60,086 nt of DNA. Source: Poseidonia sp. (GTDB lineage Archaea; Thermoplasmatota; Poseidoniia; Poseidoniales; Poseidoniaceae). The notes below the pieces were generated by a model. The model saw nothing but the letters and a program-made list of their open reading frames with translations, was not told the DNA's origin and made no database searches. Of the stretch, positions 1 through 7,206 are shown in pieces; position 1 is the stretch's first letter; the number at the start of each line of letters is the position of its first letter. The DNA lies in NCBI GenBank assembly GCA_030827475.1, contig JAUREJ010000009.1, forward strand, positions 1 through 60,086, in the 5' to 3' direction. Position numbers and translations under genes: made by a program.

Positions 1-236
1 GGGATGAAATCGATGTGCGCCGTCCAAGGGTTGGCTGCCTTGAAGGCAACGCCCTGTTCGGTGGTCAGGTCGAGGCCGAACACATCGACGGGAACGTCGG
101 CCGACCATTCAGCCAACGCAGCGTACCATGCCGTGCAGTCATCGCACGTCGGCCGTCCCAAAACGAGCACGGCAGGCCGTTCAAACCCGAGCATCTCTCC
201 CGGGTCGGTCAATGGTTGCACCAACACAGAGTTCAC
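1..236 (-). CDS. Thioredoxin/glutaredoxin-like CxxC protein (partial, runs off left edge)
   Basis: Not in the ORF track. My minus-strand translation from GTG at 236 reads VNSVLVQPLTDPGEMLGFERPAVLVLGRPTCDDCTAWYAALAEW...VDVFGLDL...HIDFIP: beta strand, CxxC, helix, and a candidate cis-Pro (FIP). It abuts the upstream TAG at 237-239. Confidence 0.7.
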   Translation of the reverse strand, partial: MNSVLVQPLTDPGEMLGFERPAVLVLGRPTCDDCTAWYAALAEWSADVPVDVFGLDLTTEQGVAFKAANPWTAHIDFI

Positions 237-1031
237 CTAAGCGTAGGATTGGCTGTTGATGACGTCTTGGAGTTCGATGACTTTGGTGCCTCGGCCTTTG
301 GCGTGGTCCGCCGCACGGGTCAAGCGAGAACGCATCCAACCCAAGGTCATCATGCCCTTCATGGCGTTGATGGATTCAATGAAGTGCACGGGGTTGCTGC
401 CCAATTGTGCGTGGTTTCGGATGTCTTCCTCAAGGTCCTCGAGGACCTCAGCGTAGAGGTCCAACAATTCGTCCAAAGCCTCTCGCGTCACCGCCATGCC
501 AGCGATGCTTTTGGCCATCGCAAGCAGCGCCGTAGGTGTCACCAAACCACCGGCTTGACTGGCAACAAATTCTTCCGCCGCACTCAAATCGTCGTCCCCG
601 TCATCGCCGTCATGCTCATCGCTGGGGGAGGTGTTCAGGACCGCACGGTCCAGATGACGGGGTTTAATGGTCGCCACGCGGTCACGTTCGGCCGCTTCGG
701 AGGCATGACGAAGCAGTTGGGCAAGGTGCTGTTCGAGATGATCGATACCAGCTTGGACGGCAGCAGAACCCACGGAATCGACGTGCTCAATGCGGTCGAT
801 CATCAACTCTCGGGTCCGGTTGTAGTTCAAGCGGCTGCGTAGAGGGTCGTCAAGCGTCTTTCGCTCGGGGTCTTGGGAGAGAGTTTGGGATTCCATTTGG
901 GGCACGAGCCGGTCAAGCTCCTCGCACAGCAAGGTCACCAACCGGTCCTTGACCTCCCCCGAGAGTCGCATGGTCGTGTAGTGGGCGGAAACGGCGGCAA
1001 TGTGGCTGGAGGAGTACGGTTTCGCGACCAT
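237..1031 (-). CDS. Multi-histone-fold protein (three tandem histone-fold-like units)
   Basis: Central unit RLNYNRTRELM...VGSAAV...ASEAAERDRVATIKPRHL follows the HMf-type pattern. Similar L1/L2 motifs occur in MRLS...ERKTL and MAVT...GTKVIELQDV. Confidence 0.7.
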   Translation of the reverse strand: MVAKPYSSSHIAAVSAHYTTMRLSGEVKDRLVTLLCEELDRLVPQMESQTLSQDPERKTLDDPLRSRLNYNRTRELMIDRIEHVDSVGSAAVQAGIDHLEQHLAQLLRHASEAAERDRVATIKPRHLDRAVLNTSPSDEHDGDDGDDDLSAAEEFVASQAGGLVTPTALLAMAKSIAGMAVTREALDELLDLYAEVLEDLEEDIRNHAQLGSNPVHFIESINAMKGMMTLGWMRSRLTRAADHAKGRGTKVIELQDVINSQSYA

Positions 1032-1083
1032 GGGCCGGGTTGGTGGTGTGCCGCCCTTGAATGATGTGGTGCGGCGTGATGAC

Positions 1084-1347
1084 TTACTCGGTGAGACCGT
1101 CGTCCCTTCCCATCACCTGGTTGAATTCCCAAGCGTGGAGGCATTCGTGGCCACCGAGGAAGCCACCGGCCTCTCGGGAGGGGCCGATGAATTCTGCACC
1201 GCACATCGAACAGAAGACGTTGACCACGAGTTCGTTGTAGTATGTGCCGTTGGGGGTTTCCCGTTGAGGAATGCGCTTACCGACATCCTCGCGGGTCCAT
1301 CCCGATGTTTTATTGCAGATCTCTTCTCCGTGCGCGTCTTGTGTCAT
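1084..1347 (-). CDS. Small C2H2-like zinc-finger protein
   Basis: CSMC-x17-HECLH. ATG at 1347 overlaps the peptidase stop (ATGA). Confidence 0.6.
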   Translation of the reverse strand: MTQDAHGEEICNKTSGWTREDVGKRIPQRETPNGTYYNELVVNVFCSMCGAEFIGPSREAGGFLGGHECLHAWEFNQVMGRDDGLTE

Positions 1348-2624
1348 GCATCCCACTCCATCAGCCAAGGCAAACCACCGTCGGCGGTGAGCGGGCGCAT
1401 GCCGTCTTCGTCACGAACCCACGTGTCCTCGGTGCCGACGGTCCCCTCGCCGTAGACCACTTTCGGCTCAATCGCCATCGTCCCGCCCACCGGCAGTGGA
1501 CGGTCAAATCCAGCGGCCACGACCGGGGATTCATCGAGTTGGAGGCCGATGGAATGGCCCAAAAAGCGGCTTTGGTCGGGCGCTGCCCCCATCAGATGGT
1601 CGGCGTACCCCAATTCGGTCGCCAGCGCAAGACCGGCTTGCCATGCATCGCTGCAGTTCAAGCCCTGGTCAAGCACGTCAACGACTTCTTCCTTCACCAG
1701 CATCATGTCGTCAAGACGGGTTTGCCAGACCTCGTTCAGGCCGCCAACCGCAAACATGCGGGTGGCATCCACCATGTAGCCGCGGTGAGCGTGAACGAGG
1801 TCAACGAGCACCGGCTCGCCCCGCTTGACACGGGTGAATCCTGAACCCATTCCTCCAAGCGGATGTGGGCCTGTCCCGCCAACGGCGGAATCAAAGAAGG
1901 ACGGAATGCCGCCGGCTCGTCCCGCGACGATCACGCCACGGTCGCATTGCAGCGGATAGCGACGCATCTGCACGCTGCCCCCAAAGCCTTCGCTGCGGCT
2001 CACGGCTTCTGCGGCGGCCACCATGTCCAGTTCACTCACACCCTCACCGCCGATGGCCTGGACCGCCTCAAACATGCGAAACTGCACGGCGGCTCCGGTT
2101 TCCATCTGCTCCAGTTCCCATGCGGATTTGATTTCCCGCTGACGGTGAACCGTAGCGGTAACATCGCCGGCCTCGCCCAAGGAGGCCAAGGCGGAAGCAA
2201 AGCGAGCCGTAAACGAGCCCGGCGCCTCACCAAACTGCAGCCCAGGGGAAGCGGTGACGCCCATCTCGCCGAGCGTTTGGGCCAGTGTAGAAAGCCTTGG
2301 GAAGGCCGTCACTACATGCGGTGAATCGTCGCCGCCCGCTTCCCAAACCGCCCGCTTCAGCGAACGACGAACAAAGGCCACGGGCCCGTCGCCGCCGGCT
2401 TCCTCGCTGCCTCCAGCGCCCTTGGCGGGAACGAACAACGAGCCGTCCTGACGTCCCCCTGCATAATAGTACAGGTCGACGGGGTGTTGGATGAGCGCCC
2501 CTGGCAACCCAGCCTCGGCCAACATGGCACCCAAGCGACGTTGGCGAGCCTCGAGTTCGGCCGCAGGGACCCGCCAGTCCTCCCCATCGGGGCCAACGAT
2601 ATCGGCGGGGGACCAAGTGGTCAT
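1344..2624 (-). CDS. Xaa-Pro aminopeptidase/prolidase (M24 family)
   Basis: Creatinase-like N-terminus, REIKSAWELE, and metal ligands VLVDL, YMVDATR, GHSIG, AIEP, TEDT. Confidence 0.9.
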   Translation of the reverse strand: MTTWSPADIVGPDGEDWRVPAAELEARQRRLGAMLAEAGLPGALIQHPVDLYYYAGGRQDGSLFVPAKGAGGSEEAGGDGPVAFVRRSLKRAVWEAGGDDSPHVVTAFPRLSTLAQTLGEMGVTASPGLQFGEAPGSFTARFASALASLGEAGDVTATVHRQREIKSAWELEQMETGAAVQFRMFEAVQAIGGEGVSELDMVAAAEAVSRSEGFGGSVQMRRYPLQCDRGVIVAGRAGGIPSFFDSAVGGTGPHPLGGMGSGFTRVKRGEPVLVDLVHAHRGYMVDATRMFAVGGLNEVWQTRLDDMMLVKEEVVDVLDQGLNCSDAWQAGLALATELGYADHLMGAAPDQSRFLGHSIGLQLDESPVVAAGFDRPLPVGGTMAIEPKVVYGEGTVGTEDTWVRDEDGMRPLTADGGLPWLMEWDA

Positions 2625-2676
2625 GGTCGTGGGTGGCGGGCAACCGTTCAAAACCCGTTCGGCCGGCTTGCCCGCA

Positions 2677-3633
2677 TCATATGCGTATCGTCTCTAGCGA
2701 GACTTCGGCCACGGTCGCCAACCGCTCCTCGGCAATGCTGCAATACGCGGGAGAAAGGTCGACCCCGATGTAGGTGCGCCCGTGCATCTTTGCAGCCACG
2801 CAGGTGGTGCCCGAACCGTTGAACGGGTCGAGGACGACGTCGCCGGCAAAGGTGTACATTTCGATGCATCGCTTGGGCAACTCAACGGGGAACGGTGCAG
2901 GATGGTTCACCCTTGAAGCCCGCTCGGTAGCAAACGACCAGATCGACTTCGTGTGTTGAATAAAATCGTCGCGTGGAATCGTGTCCAAGCGACCCTCAGT
3001 TCGTTGAGCTTTGGTACGGGGCAATTTGTAGTCGCCTTTGGAAAACACGAGCAAGTATTCGTGCACGTCGCGAAGACAGGGGTTGGACGCCGATTGGAAC
3101 GAACCCCACGCACAGGAGGACCCTGCGCTGGCGGATTTGTCCCAGATGATTTCACCTCTCATCAAGAAACCGATTTCACCCATCATGACGTTGATGTGCG
3201 AAGACAGCGGAATGTAGGGTTTCCGTCCAAGATTGGCCACGTTCACGACCATGCGACCGCCCGGCGCAAGCACGCGGTAACATTCGGCAAACACATCGTG
3301 GAGCAGGGCCAAGTATTCGGGCAACGAGAGGTTTTCATCATACTCTTTGGAAGCGTTGTAGGGCGGCGAGGTGACGACGAGGTGAACGCAGTTGTCAGGA
3401 AGCGGCAGGGTTCGCGCATCACCGCAAAGGACGCTGTTCGCATAGGCGGTCGGCAAGGCCTGCTCCGAGCCAACTTCGCGCGAACTCACGAGGTCTTCGT
3501 TAAGCCGACTGGTGTAGTACACGCTGGCGTCGTGGCCTTCACGACGGGACACCCCAAAAGCCGACGTTGCGGTTGAAGCCCGGCGACGAGCACCTTCCAA
3601 AGGTGCAGGCTCTTGGGGCGGTTCATCGGCCAT
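2677..3633 (-). CDS. Site-specific DNA methyltransferase, N4-C/N6-A, beta class (orphan)
   Basis: Motif IV VTSPPY precedes HPAPFP and motif I VLDPFNGSGTT. No restriction endonuclease is adjacent. Confidence 0.92.
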   Translation of the reverse strand: MADEPPQEPAPLEGARRRASTATSAFGVSRREGHDASVYYTSRLNEDLVSSREVGSEQALPTAYANSVLCGDARTLPLPDNCVHLVVTSPPYNASKEYDENLSLPEYLALLHDVFAECYRVLAPGGRMVVNVANLGRKPYIPLSSHINVMMGEIGFLMRGEIIWDKSASAGSSCAWGSFQSASNPCLRDVHEYLLVFSKGDYKLPRTKAQRTEGRLDTIPRDDFIQHTKSIWSFATERASRVNHPAPFPVELPKRCIEMYTFAGDVVLDPFNGSGTTCVAAKMHGRTYIGVDLSPAYCSIAEERLATVAEVSLETIRI

Positions 3634-3891
3634 GGAGGCCAAGGGGTTCGCTGGCCTTATCACCTTTCGCGCCCGGACCGGGGGCGAGACGCGCGTCTAC
3701 GCACCCCATGAGAACCGCCAATGCTTGACGTTAGGACTTCGACGACCTGTCCACGGAACAATAAGCGCTTTGACGTGCCATCAAGGCGACGCCATCGCCC
3801 CCGTCGGGCCGATTGACGCTCGACCCTGCTGAGGTCCAGGGGGCGTAAGGCAGAGCGAGGGATGAAAAACCGACAGCCTCTCGGAGAGCCA

Positions 3892-5154
3892 ATGGCAAAG
3901 GTCCTGTCCTTGGACGATGTCAAGGTTGACGGGAAAACCGTCTTGCTCCGCGTTGACATCAACAGCCCCCTCGACCCTGCCACGAAGACCTTCTTGGACG
4001 TCACACGAATACGGGCCATTCTGCCCACGCTCCAAAAGTTGTCCAAAGCGAAGGTCATCCTGCTCGCCCACCAATCCCGGCCGGGTCTCGACGACTTCAC
4101 GAGCACCTTGGGCCACGCCCGTGAACTGGGTCGGCTTCTCGGCCGTCAAGTCAAATGGGTGGAGGACATTCACGGGGAAAAGGCCATGAAAGCCATTGAA
4201 GCGCTTGAAACTGGTCAATTGTTGATGGTGAACAACGTCCGAATGGACGAAGAAGAAGTGACGGTCAAAGGTGATTTGACGGCGATGGCCGACACCCAAC
4301 TGGTTCAACGTCTGGCGAGCGTCGCCGATATGTACGTCAACGATGCGTTCGCCTGTGCCCACCGCTCAACGCCTTCCATCGTCGGCTTCACGAGCCTGCT
4401 GCCCTGCGTGGCAGGCGAGTTGATGAACAACGAATTGAGCAAACTCGATCAGGCCTTGGAATCCCCAAAACGCCCGTGCCTTGCCGTGTTGGGCGGTGTC
4501 AAAGTTGACGACTCCATCGAGGTCGCCGAGAACATGTTGCGTAACGGTATCGCCGATGCGCTGTGGCCCACCGGCGGCGTGGCCAACTTGCTGCTCGACC
4601 TGGCCGGTTATGACATCGGTGAAGGCAACCGGAATTTTCTCAAATCCCAAATCGGCAAAAAGTGGCCCGAAACCGTCCGAAGAGCCCGAGAACTCATCGA
4701 AGACCACGGCAACAAAATTCACCTTCCCGTGGACGTTGCCGCCAACATCGAGGGGAACCGAGTGGACCTTTCCATCGATGATTTTCCACTCGATGCCCCC
4801 TTCCACGACCTTGGTCTGAAGTCCGTTGTCCACCTCTCCACCGCCATCAAACAGGCCGGCACCGTCATCCTCAACGGCCCTGCCGGTGTCTTTGAGAACA
4901 ACGATTTCGCGCTCGGCACTGTCGAGATGTTGAATGCATGCGCGGAATCCTCGGCCTTCACCGTCATGGGCGGCGGCCACACCGCCACGCTGGTCACCAA
5001 GCGGGGGCTGGCGGGCAAGATGGGTCACGTGTCCACCGGCGGTGGTGCTTGTTTGGATTACATCGCCGGGCGACCGCTTCCCGGTGTCGTGAGCCTTGAA
5101 CAAAGCGCCGTAGCGTTCGGCATTGACATCAAGGCCGGACCTCGCAAAGCGTGA
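3892..5154 (+). CDS. pgk: Phosphoglycerate kinase (archaeal type)
   Basis: LRVDINSP, AHQSRPG, YVNDAFACAHR, LGGVKVDD, NGPAGVFE, HVSTGGGA. Confidence 0.97.
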   Translation: MAKVLSLDDVKVDGKTVLLRVDINSPLDPATKTFLDVTRIRAILPTLQKLSKAKVILLAHQSRPGLDDFTSTLGHARELGRLLGRQVKWVEDIHGEKAMKAIEALETGQLLMVNNVRMDEEEVTVKGDLTAMADTQLVQRLASVADMYVNDAFACAHRSTPSIVGFTSLLPCVAGELMNNELSKLDQALESPKRPCLAVLGGVKVDDSIEVAENMLRNGIADALWPTGGVANLLLDLAGYDIGEGNRNFLKSQIGKKWPETVRRARELIEDHGNKIHLPVDVAANIEGNRVDLSIDDFPLDAPFHDLGLKSVVHLSTAIKQAGTVILNGPAGVFENNDFALGTVEMLNACAESSAFTVMGGGHTATLVTKRGLAGKMGHVSTGGGACLDYIAGRPLPGVVSLEQSAVAFGIDIKAGPRKA

Positions 5155-5156
5155 GG

Positions 5157-5229
5157 AGCCACTGGGGAGACTCGAACTCCCGACCTTCTGATTACGAATC
5201 AGATGCTCTACCAACTAAGCCACAGTGGC
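5157..5229 (-). tRNA. tRNA-Thr (anticodon CGT)
   Basis: Reverse complement GCCACTGTGGCTTAGTTGGTAGAGCATCTGATTCGTAATCAGAAGGTCGGGAGTTCGAGTCTCCCCAGTGGCT folds as a cloverleaf with loop TTCGTAA. CCA is not encoded. Confidence 0.95.
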
Positions 5230-5312
5230 GGCAACCTGCCGCTGTCCCAATCAAAGATAAGGCAGTCGGTGCAAACCTCTGCATTCTTGAAGCATGGAGC
5301 GCAGGACCCAAC

Positions 5313-6572
5313 ATGAGCGAGCCTGCTCCGGTGCGCTACCGAAACACGGTCCTCTACGACCGGGGCGGGCAACGCGTCGCCGGTGATGTGCTGCTTCACG
5401 CCGACGGGTCATGGACGCCATCAAACGGCGATGAGGACGTGTTGGAGGAGATTGACGGTTCCAAGCGCCTCATCACTCGCAGCTTCCAAAACTGGCACAC
5501 GCATTTGGCCATGCAACTCAATGCGCGGGATTTCAGCGACGGGTTTCCGCTTCACCGGTGGTTGAACGAAGCCATCTTTCCCACCGAATCCCGCATCACA
5601 CCCGAATACGTACGGATGGGTTCACGGTGCGCAGCAGCGGAGATGATCCGCACCGGCAGCACCTTCGCTGCAGACATGTACTTCTTTCCACATGTCACGG
5701 GCGAGGTGCTCAATCATGCTGGCTTGCGTGGCTTGGTCGGCGGACCGGTGAGCGACGCCGCGCTTCCAAGCCATCCAGATGCGTCCTCGGCCCTCAGTGA
5801 GCTCGACGGTTTGCTTGCCGCTAACCGGCCCGACGATCCGGTCCAGTACGCCATCGCGACCCATTCGGTGTATTTGTGTGAGGAAGACACCCTTTGCAGA
5901 GCCTCGGAACTGGCAGAGAAACGGAACGGGCGCTTGCACATCCACGTCAGCGAAACTCGGAAGGAAGTCGCCGACTGCCACGCAAAAACCGGGAAGTACC
6001 CCGTTGAATACCTCGACAGCATCGATTTCTTTCAGCCCGGTACCGTCTGCGCCCACGCATCGTGGGTGAAGAAAAACGAAATTCGCTTGCTTAAGCAGCA
6101 CGAGGCTACGGCGGTCCACTGCCCCTCGTCAAACATGAAGCTGGCTTGCGGTGGAACCCTTTCGCTTCCCGCCTACATGGAAGAGGGCGTTGATGTGCGT
6201 CTGGGAACCGACGGTGCGGCCTCCTCGGGCAACGGGCTCAACATGCAGGGCGAGGCACGACTCGCCTCGCTGGTGCAGCGCCACGACCACTGGGACCCCA
6301 CGTTGCTTCCAGCCGTCGAGACCATGGATTTGGCGACGAAAGGGAGTCGAGATTGGGCCGTTTGGGACCTTGAGGATGTTCGGATGCGACCCCGAGGTCG
6401 CTCGGACAACCGCCACCTCGCGAACCTCATTTTTAACGGCGCAACCTGCCTTGACCTCTGGGTCAACGGACAGGCCTTGCGACGAGACGGGACGACCCTG
6501 ACGCTGGACGAGCGGGCGATTTTGGACGAAGTCGACGAAGCGGTCGCCACCTATTACGAAGGTGTGGAGTGA
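5313..6572 (+). CDS. Metal-dependent amidohydrolase (MTA/SAH or nucleoside deaminase-like)
   Basis: NWHTH, HIHVSET, CAH, HCPSSNMKLA, LGTDGAAS motifs. Confidence 0.88.
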   Translation: MSEPAPVRYRNTVLYDRGGQRVAGDVLLHADGSWTPSNGDEDVLEEIDGSKRLITRSFQNWHTHLAMQLNARDFSDGFPLHRWLNEAIFPTESRITPEYVRMGSRCAAAEMIRTGSTFAADMYFFPHVTGEVLNHAGLRGLVGGPVSDAALPSHPDASSALSELDGLLAANRPDDPVQYAIATHSVYLCEEDTLCRASELAEKRNGRLHIHVSETRKEVADCHAKTGKYPVEYLDSIDFFQPGTVCAHASWVKKNEIRLLKQHEATAVHCPSSNMKLACGGTLSLPAYMEEGVDVRLGTDGAASSGNGLNMQGEARLASLVQRHDHWDPTLLPAVETMDLATKGSRDWAVWDLEDVRMRPRGRSDNRHLANLIFNGATCLDLWVNGQALRRDGTTLTLDERAILDEVDEAVATYYEGVE

Positions 6573-6573
6573 T

Positions 6574-7113
6574 TTACTCCACCCGGGTGTATGCAAGGCC
6601 CGCAACGCCGATGAGGGCGAACACGAAATAGAGGGCAAAACCCGCGCTCAAGTCCACGGAATACGCCAAGTCCACTTGCGTTCCATCGGGAAGACCGTCT
6701 CGGTTGAGGGTGCCGATGCCGGCAAAGTACGTGCCCTCCTGAACCTCCCACCTCAACCCGTTCTCTCCGTCGCTTCCCGAAGCCACCAAATCGGTATCAA
6801 AAGGGCCGCAGGTGGTGCTGGGGCCTTGGTTGAACAAACCGGGAGGTTGGGACTCGCAGGTGTTTTTCTCGTCTTCATCAGCGATGACGACATAGATGTC
6901 TTCGCGGTCCCACGTCAAGGTGAGGGTGGCGGAAACGAACACGGCAAGCGATTGCTCGGGAAGCGCTTCATCGGCGAAAAACGTCCGTTCGGGAAGATTC
7001 GGGGTGGTGATGTCGGTGATGGTGCCCTCGAGAGTGATACCAACCGCCCCTGCGAGCATCAGAAGAACTGCAACGACCACAAGACCGTACCCCACCTTCT
7101 CTTGCTTCCTCAT
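6574..7113 (-). CDS. Hypothetical membrane protein (N- and C-terminal TM, beta-rich middle)
   Basis: Two hydrophobic ends flank an acidic beta-rich domain. It fills the gap between neighbours. Confidence 0.7.
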   Translation of the reverse strand: MRKQEKVGYGLVVVAVLLMLAGAVGITLEGTITDITTPNLPERTFFADEALPEQSLAVFVSATLTLTWDREDIYVVIADEDEKNTCESQPPGLFNQGPSTTCGPFDTDLVASGSDGENGLRWEVQEGTYFAGIGTLNRDGLPDGTQVDLAYSVDLSAGFALYFVFALIGVAGLAYTRVE

Positions 7114-7206
7114 GAGATCACCTCACGATGTGCATGCCTTGCAAGGTTCAAACCGTCGTGCAAGGTCATGTCAAGCCGCTCTCCTCGTGGCGTTGGGCGA
7201 TGATGT

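Noticed and set aside
15-842. Long antisense ORFs (e.g. 15-842, 4366-5214, 13665-14522, 18456-19307, 39231-40220, 57344-58282)
   Set aside because: Shadow frames of recognisable genes in GC-rich DNA, with no motifs of their own.
5151-5312. N-terminal extension of the amidohydrolase ORF (likewise 12748-12909)
   Set aside because: These extensions run antisense through tRNA genes. Downstream ATGs at 5313 and 12910 are more plausible.
7137-7146. 10-bp palindrome CCTTGCAAGG
   Set aside because: Palindromes this short are expected by chance many times in 60 kb.
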